Assembly (NCBI GenBank): GCA_000002435.2
Contig: CM018791.1
DNA: 64,000 nt
From: Giardia intestinalis
Taxonomy: Eukaryota
Strand: one strand, 5' to 3'
Below are positions 21,019 through 31,200 of this stretch, one piece after another. Position 1 is the first letter of the stretch. The number at the start of each line of letters is the position of its first letter. The translations under genes were made by a program, and so were the position numbers. The notes beneath the pieces were generated by a model. It ran no database searches and was not told the DNA's origin. It saw only the letters and a program-made list of their open reading frames with translations.

Positions 21019-23100
21019 TCATAAATGTGGGGGAGCCTTCATGTACGCAAAGTTAATTGTGCGGTTTTCTTCATCTGGGTCTTGGTGCTCTGGAAAGTCC
21101 GCCTCAGGCATTAGACCACTTTCAAGAGGTGCAGCGGGCAATGAGCTGGGTATTGAAACTTGCTGCAATGATGCTTTATTGTCTACTCCAGTAGCTTGTA
21201 GGGCTTTATATCTGCGCCCCAGTTCCAATAAAGCAGCCTTGAGCTTAGCGTTTTCTTCTTTGGTAGCTTTCGTATCGATCAACCACTCCGTCTCCATTTT
21301 TCGTAGGTCAACCAAGTCAAGCATTGTCTGCACAAAGTCCACTCCACGATCACAGTGTTCGCAAGGAAGTATCCTTACATCCGTGTTGTTAACACTCCGA
21401 AGAATGTCCCCATTTTCACTGGGTACAACCTTGACACCGCTGTACGTGGCTTTGTAATTTGAAAACTCAGTCTCCAAACTTAGAATCTGATTCTTTAGCT
21501 CGTCAATCTCCCTAGCGTGTGCTTCATCTAAAAAGTTTACCTGTGAAGAAGCGTCCACAGTTATCAGAGCCGAGAAGAGGGATTCGGCACTCTTGCCAAA
21601 CTCCCTCATGGCCTTTTCGCTGTTATGTTGGTGTATTTCCTTTTGCAGCCGTGCAATCTCTGCTTCTTTCTTGGTTAGCTCCTCGGCTAGCCCTTTTTCA
21701 TTGCTAACATATTCCTTGAGCTTCTCCGAAAGTCCCATGAGTTCTGCCTTTATATAATTTGCCTCAGATTCTGCTGCACCGGCCCGCCGACGCGCTTCAT
21801 TCAAAGCCTCTTCTAGTTCATGAATCCTGTCATTCAACTGTGCATTCTCTTGATCCTGTTTGTTCACGTCTTCCACAGCCTTCTGCATGGCCCCTCGAAT
21901 ATCACTCATTTCTACTAGATGCTTTTCTTCTTGTTTCTTTCCGGCAGCTATCAGAGAATCAAGTTCTTCCTGCAATGATGTAATCGTAGCATTAAGGGAT
22001 TGAACAAGGGTGTCCAAATCGGCTCGTTCCTTAATCATGCTCGTTGCGGCTTGATTCATATCCTGTATCCGAGTCTCGAGGGCGTGAATTCTTGCGACTT
22101 TCTGTTCAAGGTCCCTCTCTAGCTGCTCCGCTTTACACCTACCAGCAGCAATCTGCTCCTGCAGTTCGGCAGTAGCCTCTTTGTGTGTCATCTCAGTGTC
22201 CTTGACTAGCTGTTCAAGCCGTGCCATTTCTGTGAGGAGATTTTCAACTGAAATGCCTGCATATGGATCATTCAATACGTCCGTAACTATAGCGCATGAC
22301 TTGGTGAATATGCTTGGGGGGATGGCTGCCTCGATAGATGCATCAATCCCACGTCCAAGAGTGGCGGCAGCATGCTCCTGAGTCACAAGAACCTGTGCGT
22401 CAGTGACCAACTTAGTCTGTATTCGACTTTTGTAAAGAGGGTTTTCGCCTCTGGGCGGATATTCATAAGCCCGTGGCTCTGGCATATCTATATGGTTCAG
22501 CTCAGTCGAGTTAGGAGCGGATTTGATACTTTGCGGACTAATAAGATGTTCGTGAAGGGTCTCAGCTCTTCGCCGCGCCGCAAGCTTTTCTTCTTGGGAC
22601 AAGGGATGTGCATCCTTCACATCGTCAGCAGACATCTCCTTTCCTCGCTTGATTGCTGGACGTCTATCTTGTGGTGTGAACCCACGTCCTGGCATTGTAG
22701 ACTGCTTCAAAGATGGCTCCAGTTGAAGCTTCCTGGCACTCTTGTCTAAAGAACGCGCAGATGTAGATGCAGCTAAGGATCCTGGACCCATCGTAGCTGC
22801 AGTTTTGCTTGGAACTTGGCGAGTGGTACTAGAGGCAGGTCGATCTATGCCTACACGCGGCCTTATACCGGCTATACTAGTTCCTCGAAACACTGATCTG
22901 TCTGCCCGGTCAGCATTTGACACTGACCGTGTCAGCCCGGCGATAGGTATCCTAGAGGTGGCTCGAAGACCTGAGCGATTAACACTAGAAGTTGACATTG
23001 CAGACGACGGAGGATTAGACGCAGCAGCAGATCCAGATGCCTGCTTCGATTCAGTGTATCGTCTGTAGTCTAGCCCAACCTTCGTCTGCTGAGTGGCCAT
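21019..23100 (-). CDS. Coiled-coil protein (Ser-rich N-terminus, long heptad-type coiled coil), about 693 aa
   Basis: The ORF-track start at 23136 is a TTG. The first ATG is at 23100 (MATQQTK...) with the AT-rich initiator ttttatattaatATG. There are long E/L/K/Q-rich stretches (LEQLVKDTEMTHKEATAELQEQIAAGRCKAEQLERDLEQKVARIHALETRIQDM...). Confidence 0.7.
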   Translation of the reverse strand: MATQQTKVGLDYRRYTESKQASGSAAASNPPSSAMSTSSVNRSGLRATSRIPIAGLTRSVSNADRADRSVFRGTSIAGIRPRVGIDRPASSTTRQVPSKTAATMGPGSLAASTSARSLDKSARKLQLEPSLKQSTMPGRGFTPQDRRPAIKRGKEMSADDVKDAHPLSQEEKLAARRRAETLHEHLISPQSIKSAPNSTELNHIDMPEPRAYEYPPRGENPLYKSRIQTKLVTDAQVLVTQEHAAATLGRGIDASIEAAIPPSIFTKSCAIVTDVLNDPYAGISVENLLTEMARLEQLVKDTEMTHKEATAELQEQIAAGRCKAEQLERDLEQKVARIHALETRIQDMNQAATSMIKERADLDTLVQSLNATITSLQEELDSLIAAGKKQEEKHLVEMSDIRGAMQKAVEDVNKQDQENAQLNDRIHELEEALNEARRRAGAAESEANYIKAELMGLSEKLKEYVSNEKGLAEELTKKEAEIARLQKEIHQHNSEKAMREFGKSAESLFSALITVDASSQVNFLDEAHAREIDELKNQILSLETEFSNYKATYSGVKVVPSENGDILRSVNNTDVRILPCEHCDRGVDFVQTMLDLVDLRKMETEWLIDTKATKEENAKLKAALLELGRRYKALQATGVDNKASLQQVSIPSSLPAAPLESGLMPEADFPEHQDPDEENRTINFAYMKAPPHL

Positions 23101-23147
23101 ATTAATATAAAAGGTAAAATTTAACGAACTGGGCAAAAGTGAAATAA
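23101..23147. promoter_or_regulatory. 47-bp AT-rich bidirectional intergenic spacer
   Basis: attaatataaaaggtaaaatttaacgaactgggcaaaagtgaaataa lies between divergent ATGs at 23100 (-) and 23148 (+). Confidence 0.4.
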
Positions 23148-23975
23148 ATGCAGCCGGAGCACTCCATCAGAATCAATCCTCTCACCAACAACATACTCTT
23201 TAATGCCCGAATATCAAAGGTCCCAGATAAGAAAATCAACTTACTTATCAATCCAGACGGCTTGCATCTGGACAGCCTAGAACATAACCGAGCCTACCTA
23301 CTCGATATTAAGTACCCTAAGAACGCTATCGTCGATGACACGCGAGCACGTGTTTCGTACAATGGAACTAATCTTAGCGTACGCGTGCCTGTCCTCAAAT
23401 ATGACGGAATGGAGGAGGACGAGACAAAAGGATACCGGGGACTAGTTCGAAGAGTACTCTTGGAGGAGAGTGATAGCTCGCACCGGACAGACCACGCGAG
23501 CCAGCTGATAGTGGGAGACGACGATGAGACTTCGGAGGAAGGAGGTCTCAAAGAGCCTCGTAAGACGGTTTCATCCGTGCGTGCGAGAGACAAGATCCTT
23601 GCGAAGAACACACCAGTCTCAGAACCATATGTTGCTAGAATTCCCCTGAAGCACCGGCCATCCACAAAAAGGCCGGACCTGCATCCTGTTATCGCCTTCC
23701 AGAAGCAGGAGAAGTATGTTACAAGCCAGGACGAGCTCCTCCGACTCGCTCGTAAGGTTGCACATGTTGAAGAAGCAAAGTACTCAGCCAGATTGGAGAA
23801 GAAGAAGAAGGACGAGGCCATGCTCACTCAACACATGGAGGCCAGAGAGCAGCGAAAGGCGATGAAGAAGTCAAAATCACGGCTCGTCGTCGAGCGTGCC
23901 AAGGCTCGGTTGGCCATGGGAGATAAGAAAACAAAGAGCGGGAAGCGGGCGCTTCAGCGTCAGTCAAAGGTCTGA
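23148..23975 (+). CDS. Hypothetical protein with Lys/Arg-rich C-terminal tail, 275 aa
   Basis: ATG with A-rich upstream sequence (gtgaaataaATG). C-terminus is KKKKDEAMLTQHMEAREQRKAMKKSKSRLVVERAKARLAMGDKKTKSGKRALQRQSKV (nucleolar/ribosome-biogenesis-like basic tail). TGTAAAT lies about 40 nt after the stop. Confidence 0.55.
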   Translation: MQPEHSIRINPLTNNILFNARISKVPDKKINLLINPDGLHLDSLEHNRAYLLDIKYPKNAIVDDTRARVSYNGTNLSVRVPVLKYDGMEEDETKGYRGLVRRVLLEESDSSHRTDHASQLIVGDDDETSEEGGLKEPRKTVSSVRARDKILAKNTPVSEPYVARIPLKHRPSTKRPDLHPVIAFQKQEKYVTSQDELLRLARKVAHVEEAKYSARLEKKKKDEAMLTQHMEAREQRKAMKKSKSRLVVERAKARLAMGDKKTKSGKRALQRQSKV

Positions 23976-24038
23976 AGCAGAGACAATCGTTGATATGTGT
24001 TGCTGCATGCTGCTTGTAAATTTACACATAGAGCTACA

Positions 24039-24647
24039 CTACTGACTCTGCTTTTTGTTGCTTCTGTCCTTCCCAGACTTTGATTTCTTGACTTCCGGTT
24101 CATGCGGTGCATCTGCTTTGGAGGAGGAGCCTGTCTTTGTCTTCTTTGAAGATTGGCTGGCAAGTGGCAGAACCTCTCTCGGTTGAGGTGCCTCCTGAAG
24201 GATCTCATCGTCACTGTGATCTAATGTTACTGGGATATCCAGCTCGATGCTGTCCCCGAGCTGTCGGACAAAGTTACTATCCATGTGGGGAAAATCAACG
24301 ACATAGCTATCTTCCTCGCTAGAGCTAAGCTCCTCGCCGCTATACAGTAGAGGCTTGTTTTGGACCAAGCACGCGGCCTGCTTACGAACCTCTGATAAAT
24401 ACATCGTTACCTCCTTCTTAGGGAGGCCATGCTTGTCACAAAAATAAGACACGGCTAGCTTTATGTTGTTGTAAAGCCCGAGGAAAAAGAGTTCCATCTT
24501 CTGCCCTTCTGTAAGTCCTAACGGGTTTGGAAGCGCATTTATAGCTTGCAAATCTGTACTTGTCTTCTCTTCCAGGGTTGCAAGACACTTGAGGACCGCC
24601 TCATAATGGTCCTTGAGCGCCGCAATATTGATTATGGAGGATGACAT
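24039..24647 (-). CDS. Hypothetical protein, 202 aa, acidic/Ser-rich C-terminal half
   Basis: ATG at 24647-24645 with AT-rich upstream sequence (taaattaatttacta on the other strand). Globular-looking N-terminal 110 aa followed by a Ser/Lys-rich tail. Confidence 0.55.
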   Translation of the reverse strand: MSSSIINIAALKDHYEAVLKCLATLEEKTSTDLQAINALPNPLGLTEGQKMELFFLGLYNNIKLAVSYFCDKHGLPKKEVTMYLSEVRKQAACLVQNKPLLYSGEELSSSEEDSYVVDFPHMDSNFVRQLGDSIELDIPVTLDHSDDEILQEAPQPREVLPLASQSSKKTKTGSSSKADAPHEPEVKKSKSGKDRSNKKQSQ

Positions 24648-24683
24648 TAAATTAATTTACTAACCCGACAATCAACGGCTTGG
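24648..24683. promoter_or_regulatory. 36-bp bidirectional intergenic spacer between divergent genes
   Basis: Only 36 bp (taaattaatttactaacccgacaatcaacggcttgg) separate the ATGs at 24647 (-) and 24684 (+). Confidence 0.4.
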
Positions 24684-25091
24684 ATGGTCAAGAAAGGTAG
24701 AGAATGCGTCACAAAGCCAACCATGCATCCAGAAAGATCTGAGCTAAAGCCGCGTAAGGCTGTGTTACGCCCCAATAGGGAGAAGGAAAGTGCCTTGGAA
24801 GCAAGAAAGGAGCAGACGCCGTGCGACAAAGATGATGAGCAGATCAATGAATTAGAAGATAAACAGAAGATACGCGCATTTCTCAAGGAGCGCAAAGCTC
24901 GTTTAATAGAAAGGCAAGAGAAGAAGTTGGAAGACCCTGCAGCAACCCTACCCGAGGACCTCCCCATCGTAAAGCATAGGTCTCGCACCAAAGAGGGTTA
25001 CTACATATATACGCCGGATGAGCTGAAGATGGGGCTTCCTGGCAGTGGAATGACAGATAAGTGCCCCTTTGATTGCGATTGCTGCTTTTAA
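24684..25091 (+). CDS. Small K/E-rich hypothetical protein (135 aa) ending in a Cys cluster ...KCPFDCDCCF
   Basis: ATG-initiated. Charged, low-hydrophobicity composition typical of a real coding frame. The antisense ORF 24647..24991 is Ser/Leu-rich (typical mirror of a K/E-rich gene) and is rejected. The C-terminal CDCCF could be a palmitoylation site. Confidence 0.5.
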   Translation: MVKKGRECVTKPTMHPERSELKPRKAVLRPNREKESALEARKEQTPCDKDDEQINELEDKQKIRAFLKERKARLIERQEKKLEDPAATLPEDLPIVKHRSRTKEGYYIYTPDELKMGLPGSGMTDKCPFDCDCCF

Positions 25092-25136
25092 AGTTAATTA
25101 CTCTGCAATCAGTATAGTCTCAGTTGATTGGTAAAG

Positions 25137-25556
25137 TTAGTAAATTTTGTTATATCCAGCGTTGAGTAAGCGGTCTACCTCGCTACTGGCAAGCCCTATG
25201 GTTCTATGAAAAATACTAGGATTGCTCTCGAGTGCGTGCCTATAGGCTTGCTGGTACTTGGAGAGCGAAACAGCGCCGATAAGTTCAGAGCTGTGTCGTG
25301 CTATAGGGGTCGTACTGCTCATCTTCTGTAAATCCTTGTATTGACCAACATTACTACGCACTGCACTCTGGTTTGGTGGTTGTGTTGTCCCTATTCTCTG
25401 CATATATGTGGCAAAGGACATAGGTTTAGTCAACTCAGGGAGCTTCTCCCAGGATGGAGGGGTGTAGCGTCGAATACACTCCTGAACGTTTTGCTCGCGT
25501 CTCTCGCTTATAGCCTTCTTGTTGGGATAGTAGATCTCTGCTGGTCTCGGGAACAT
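25137..25556 (-). CDS. Hypothetical protein, about 139 aa
   Basis: The ORF-track start (25595) is a TTG. The first in-frame ATG is at 25556 (MFPRPAEIYY...). No domain recognised. Confidence 0.4.
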   Translation of the reverse strand: MFPRPAEIYYPNKKAISERREQNVQECIRRYTPPSWEKLPELTKPMSFATYMQRIGTTQPPNQSAVRSNVGQYKDLQKMSSTTPIARHSSELIGAVSLSKYQQAYRHALESNPSIFHRTIGLASSEVDRLLNAGYNKIY

Positions 25557-25635
25557 GGATAGGGAGAAATCTGGGTTTTTTAAAAGTCGAGACAAAGCGT
25601 AGAGTTTGAAGGTAATTTGCTCTAGTTATATATAC

Positions 25636-26526
25636 ATGGGAACACTTCACTTGCAAGATCTCTATATAGATGACGAGGACCGGACGTATTTCATTCCAAT
25701 CTCACGATCGACGTCTACCGGCAATACCCATAGAATTGCATCTTCTTATGACCGCTGTACGACTCCAGTAAGGTCGTCGTCTCTTTCAAAAAGCCACCAA
25801 GCAGAGGAGCCTGTGGAAGAGCCTCCTCGGCGACCGGCACTGATTCCTTCTCCTGGAACTATAAGAAAGTACAACACTTGGAGAACCGCAACAGAACCTG
25901 GGCCGTATGCTGTAGAAGCATTGCAGCAACATGCTCACAGTCAACTCGCTTCCAGCGTGGACAGGACCCAAGCTAAAATCAGACGTGTCTCTACTTCTTA
26001 TGGCCCCGGTGACCAACATACTAATCAGATTTACTCAGGAATGCATTCACACCAACATGCAATGCAGACAACATCAGCTACAAGCTCTGGAATTCATGCA
26101 GCAGGTCAGTTATCATATCATTCTGGTTACCATCAATTGACGTCTTCCGTCCCCATGCCTTCATGCACGCTTCGAGCAAAATCACCCAGTGACGGACTTT
26201 GCAGAAGCAAAAGCCGTGGCACAGAGTATTCTAGTAAGGCCCGTGAACGGTATGACGCGTCATCCACCACTCTTCCATCTCTTACCAACCAAGTAGCAGA
26301 TCTTTCACGAAGAAAGCGAGCACCAGACTCCTTGTTTTCAGAGCCCCGGCTGGCTCTGCCAAATGCCAACACATACGCACGGGCAGGTATGCCTCAAGCC
26401 TCTATAGCAGACCCCCACTTTGCAGGCTGGAGACCCAAGAGTCTACGGGGGCCCTCCACACCATCGCCCATGCAAAGCAAACAGCAAGGTCTTGCATCCC
26501 TCCCAGTACTTTCGAAAGTGCACTAG
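25636..26526 (+). CDS. Low-complexity Ser/Thr/His/Gln-rich hypothetical protein, about 296 aa
   Basis: The ORF-track start (25606) is a TTG. The first ATG is at 25636 with AT-rich upstream sequence (ctagttatatatacATG). Predicted disordered protein. Confidence 0.4.
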   Translation: MGTLHLQDLYIDDEDRTYFIPISRSTSTGNTHRIASSYDRCTTPVRSSSLSKSHQAEEPVEEPPRRPALIPSPGTIRKYNTWRTATEPGPYAVEALQQHAHSQLASSVDRTQAKIRRVSTSYGPGDQHTNQIYSGMHSHQHAMQTTSATSSGIHAAGQLSYHSGYHQLTSSVPMPSCTLRAKSPSDGLCRSKSRGTEYSSKARERYDASSTTLPSLTNQVADLSRRKRAPDSLFSEPRLALPNANTYARAGMPQASIADPHFAGWRPKSLRGPSTPSPMQSKQQGLASLPVLSKVH

Positions 26527-26556
26527 TAAATTATCCTGGGTTCCAATTTAAATACT

Positions 26557-28242
26557 ATGGACGACGTATGGGCGTGTAAGGCCGTTCCTCAGGCTTTTTT
26601 GGACAACTTAAAGAAGCTTGGATATACAGACCTCCTTCCTATCCAGCGGAGAGTCCTGGAGATATGGTTCAACGGAGCTATCCCCGAGAAGGCCGACGAA
26701 ATCCGACGGATTATTTGCAGCTCAATGGCTAACAATATGTTCATTGCAAGTGCAACTGGATCTGGAAAGACACTCTCTGCCATCCTGCCCCTTGCTCTTG
26801 AGGCCTTTGCAGGATTAGACTTTGTAGCACTATTTGTGGTCCCAACAACCCACCTTCTTACTCAAATCTATCATTTACTTCTCAATCTCTTTCATGATGT
26901 GCCATCTGTGCGAATATTCCGAGCAATGGATTGTCTCGGCGCAACCCTTTACGAAGACCCCGCCCTTCTTCGACTAGATCCAGACATAGTAGCTGCTCTA
27001 AAGGAGCACCATGAGGTACTGGAAAGTACTGATACTAATACTTCCATGTTCATAGATGACCATCTGGTAAAACGATTTCTAGACTCCATCACGAAACAAC
27101 TCGCTACAACGCTTCCCGACTTCAGAAATATCATTGAGTATGGAGAGGATAGGACATCGTACATCATCTGCGGTACCCCCGGGATCGTCTCTGCTCTTCT
27201 TACGGCAGTCAAGCCGGCCTCGGGCACAGGCATCGCCTCCCGTGGAGTAACCTCGTTCCTGAAGCTTCGGCACGTGGTGATAGACGAGGCAGACCACATC
27301 CTTCTCAACGACAACACGTCCTTCCTGGCGCTCATAAGGGAGTTCTTCGCTCAACGGAACTCCACGGCCGTCTTCCGCGTGCCTCTCTTCTTCGCCCAGC
27401 GACACCGCCTTGGGCTCCCGACGGACAGGTTTGTCTTCCTCTCTGCGACCATGAAGTACCGGGCAAGTCTGCTCGAGAACATGGGCCTCCACGGCGGGTG
27501 CATGGTGGACTTCGACGAGGGCCACGCGCGCCTTGCCCTCTCGCCCAACGTCGAACACTTCGTCGTCCAGCTCAAGCGGACCTACTCCGAGATAGACATC
27601 GCATACCTGGTCTTCAGGTTCCTCTGCAGCCCCGCCGGGTCCATCACCAACTCGAGGACCACCCTCCTGCCCTGCATCGTCTTCGTCAACTCCAGGCACA
27701 CCGCGCAGCGCATCGCCCACCTGCTGTTCCTGATGATGATCAAGGTTTACAAGGAGCTCCGGTACAGGATAACGCTGGTGGCCCAGGGGCACGTCTTCCG
27801 GAGGCCGAACTTCGAGTCTGTTCCAGCCATCTCCAACGAGTCCCTCGAGGAACACCCTGCAACTATCGTCCTGGCAACTGATAACTTCGCCCGTGGGCTC
27901 GACCTTCCTGCGGTTCGCTCGGTGGTCAACTTCGAGCTTCCAGAGTCGCTGGCCACCCTCACCCACCGCGTGGGAAGGTGCGCGCGCGGCCTGAACAGCG
28001 GGGTCGCCATCTCAGTGCAGCGGAGCGAGGTCGAGTACAAGTTCGACACGCTGGTCAACTTCGATCCGAGCCGGGTCGTCTCCATAGACGAGGAGAGCCT
28101 CTGCGACTACCGGAGCACAGAGGGGCCGCGGCTGTCCGACTTCTCCATCGGGGACAGCGACGTGCTGGAGATCTCACGGAGGTTCAGCGAGAACATGGAC
28201 GTCTACCTGACCACCCTCTACGACGAGGAGTTCGGGCGCTAG
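26557..28242 (+). CDS. DEAD-box ATP-dependent RNA helicase, 561 aa
   Basis: Motifs I-III: Q-like LLPIQRRVL; motif I ASATGSGKTLS; motif II VVIDEADHIL (DEAD); motif III FLSATM (SAT). Motifs V-VI: LATDNFARGLDLP; HRVGRCARG. AT-rich initiator ccaatttaaatactATG. Confidence 0.8.
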   Translation: MDDVWACKAVPQAFLDNLKKLGYTDLLPIQRRVLEIWFNGAIPEKADEIRRIICSSMANNMFIASATGSGKTLSAILPLALEAFAGLDFVALFVVPTTHLLTQIYHLLLNLFHDVPSVRIFRAMDCLGATLYEDPALLRLDPDIVAALKEHHEVLESTDTNTSMFIDDHLVKRFLDSITKQLATTLPDFRNIIEYGEDRTSYIICGTPGIVSALLTAVKPASGTGIASRGVTSFLKLRHVVIDEADHILLNDNTSFLALIREFFAQRNSTAVFRVPLFFAQRHRLGLPTDRFVFLSATMKYRASLLENMGLHGGCMVDFDEGHARLALSPNVEHFVVQLKRTYSEIDIAYLVFRFLCSPAGSITNSRTTLLPCIVFVNSRHTAQRIAHLLFLMMIKVYKELRYRITLVAQGHVFRRPNFESVPAISNESLEEHPATIVLATDNFARGLDLPAVRSVVNFELPESLATLTHRVGRCARGLNSGVAISVQRSEVEYKFDTLVNFDPSRVVSIDEESLCDYRSTEGPRLSDFSIGDSDVLEISRRFSENMDVYLTTLYDEEFGR

Positions 28243-31200
28243 GCGCTACACGCCCTTGTGCGGAAGGTTCAGGTTGAGGGGGCTGTGGAAGATGTACTCC
28301 GGCGCGCAGAAGTAGTACTGCATGCAGTACCGGCCGAGGAAGAAGATGACGATGGCCAGGGCCCCCACCAGGACGTAGTTCCACGCGCTGACCTCGAGGG
28401 CCTCGCACATCGTGCCCCCGTGCGCGTCGACCGTGTCCAGCCCGTTCACGCACCGCTTGACCTTGCTGCTGAACGGGGAGGCGCGGACGGCGTCTGCGAT
28501 GGCGACCTTCTGGGCCTCGTCGGGCGCGGAGAGGAAGAGCGGGTGGACGCCGTCGCGGTCGGGCCCGTAGAAGCGGGGCATCGTGTACTCGACGGTCAAC
28601 TCGTGGCAGAGCGAGTTGGAGCCGCGGCCGATGTAGTAGTAGCCCGAGACGCCCCAGCCGGTCCCCCACGAGTTGCGCAGGATCCAGACGGGCCGGCCCT
28701 TGTGGGCCCCGTAGCCGACGAGCATGACCTGGTGGTTCGTGGTCGCGCGCACGCACTTGACGTCGGGGAAGACGCCGCCCTTGTAGAGGTTGAACGTCAG
28801 CGCAGAGGCGACGACGGACTCGTAGTCCTTGTCGATCGACGTGTCGACGCCGGACTCTGTGTGCATGGCCGCCGCGACCCCGACCCCGCGGGCCAGGACG
28901 TTCATGACGTTCCGCTCCCACTCGGCGAACTTCCCCTTGTCCATCTCCCCGACTATGGGTCCCGAGGCCGGCACGCCCTCGTTCCGCAGGATCTGGTAGA
29001 CGCCGAACTTCTTGGGGGTGCCTGAGCCACCATTGACATCATACTCGTATTCATCGCTACCTGCAGCCCCAGAATTAGAAGAGCTGCCCTTCTTCTTCAT
29101 CGGCATGGAGACGAAGGCAGGGTTGAAGTCTCCTATGTTGGTGCCCTGACACTTAGTACCATCGTCTGGGGCGGCCTTCTCGGGCGTCGCGTACTCCCTG
29201 TAGATGCACTCGGACTCCTTCGCGAGCTTGCTCAGCTTGTTGACGAAGTCTGCGATGGCGCGGAAGTAGTTCCCGCCGTTGCAGTAGTTCCCGCCGATGA
29301 GGTTGTCGAGGAGGAACTGGACGGAGAGGCGCAGGGTGGACGCGCTGTAGGACTTCCAGTTCTCGGGGATGTCGGTATACTCTTTCTCAGTACGATTTTG
29401 AACAGTTATCATTGTAGCGCAGTCAGTACTCTTCTGACTGTCATCCTGACTCGCAGGGGCCGAGCAGTTGCAGAAGTAGTTCGACGGAAAGGGCTGGGGA
29501 TCGAGGTACTTCCCCCTCGTGTAGAGGTCTGCGTCGACGAGCATCAGGTTCTCGAGGACCTCGATGGTCGTGAACTCGTAGCAGGAGCCGCACAGGCCCT
29601 GGTCCTTCGCGCGGGTCACGAGGCCCACCTCGCGGAGGTCGACGGAGTGGGGGAGCGTCCGCTGCCTGTCTTTGACGTTCATGTCCCGCACGTCGACGAG
29701 GAAGAAGCTGTCCTGCTTCTTGTTCTTGTCGTCAGCGTTGGCACTCTGTGAATTAGCTTGAGTGTCTCCCTTCAGGTCCGGCCCCAGTTCGTATGCATCG
29801 ACGTTGCAACCCTCATACTTATTGGTTTTATTAGTCCATTTGCACGCATCTGCAGCTGCGCCCCACTCGCCACCCCCCAGTGACCGGGGCGGGAGGAGGC
29901 CGGCGCGCGGGTGGCGGTCCATCCGGGACGTGATCCCGAAGGTGACGTGCTCGTGGCCCTCCCGGCGGAGCCTGCGGAGGTGCTCGAGGTGCATGCAGAA
30001 GTTCCGCTCCGCCTCCAGCCGGTCCCCGGGCGTGTCGTAGGCCTTCCCGTAGAGGCCGACGAAGCGCTCGAAGGCATGCTCGCACGCCATGTGGATGCTG
30101 AACGGGTCCCGCTCGGCCGACGCCGCGCAGAGGAAAGACAAGGTAAGCAGCAACATCCGGTCCTTTTTTGGGCCGCGGGTAGGTTAGCCGTGTGCGGGAC
30201 TTGCACACCCTACCGGGCGGGCGTCCTGTGACACCTGGCCGCAGACAGGAAGAGGAGCCCGAAGAAGACGGCCGTGCTCGCCGTCACCCCCGCCACGGCC
30301 CCGATGTTCCTCACACGACAGTCACACATATCCCCGTGGTAGCCCTCGGCACAGACACAGGCGTCCTTGTAGCACTCCCCGTGCCCTGTGCACACACTCC
30401 CAGCCAGACGGGTGTTCAGGCACTTCTTGCTGGCGCACAGCTGGCCATGGGGGACCGCGTCCTCGTCGCACTGGCACGCAAGGGCGGCTGGAGCGTCCCC
30501 GACAATCCTCCCCGAACCCCCACAGACCAGTCGCGTCTTGTTGGCGTATAGCTTCACCAGATTGTGGGGCGCACAGGCCCCATCGACGGCCGTCATGCCC
30601 TTGTCGCAGAGGTCGCAGTGCCTTCCAACGTAGCCCGGGTTGCACTGACAGGTCCATGCACCCGTAGCGTTCTGTACACACGTCCCGCCCCTCGCCTTGG
30701 GCGTCCAGTTGCAGGCAGCCCCGTTCTTCACGCACTGGGCGTGCACGCACGTGCTGTTCAGCATCACGAAGTCGTCCTCACACTTGCACAAGTACTCTCC
30801 ATCACTGTACAGGCATTCTCCGTGCGGGCACACAAGACCCGTGTCCGAAACACACCCCGCCGGGGCGCACCCGTGGTCCGGAATGTGCTTGAATGGCGGC
30901 ACACACAGACACTGGTGCCTCGCCGTGGAGTGGTCCAGTCGGCAGAGCAGAGAGCTCGTCAGGTTTGCCACGAAGCCGTCGGCGAAGATCGTGCTATTGT
31001 TGTTTCTGATGCTCTTATCAAGCATGTGGGGGTATCCGCAGAGCCGCTCTCCAACGACGCACTCGGTCGGGTAGCACAGCCCTTCCAGAGGAGAGTAGTC
31101 CTGGGGACAGGTGCCGTTGGAGGGGTGTACGTTGACCACGCGCAGCGCAGCCTCTGGCGCTGTGTGCTGCTGGCCCTGCGTCTCCTTCTTCTGATCCGCT

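Noticed and set aside
24647-24991. 114-aa minus-strand ORF antisense to the small K/E-rich gene
   Set aside because: Its Ser/Leu/Phe-rich translation is the typical mirror image of a Lys/Glu-rich coding strand. The + strand ORF has the more protein-like composition and a proper ATG in the shared promoter.
27079-27966. 295-aa minus-strand ORF antisense to the helicase, plus other long overlapping ORFs at 27498..27881, 28184..28921, 28258..29025, 29772..30206, 29831..30208, 29911..30231, 30564..31430 and 30959..31420
   Set aside because: All lie in the GC-rich island where stop codons are depleted in every frame. Their translations are Arg/Gly/Pro/Ala-rich nonsense. Each overlaps a gene with strong homology signatures on the other frame or strand.
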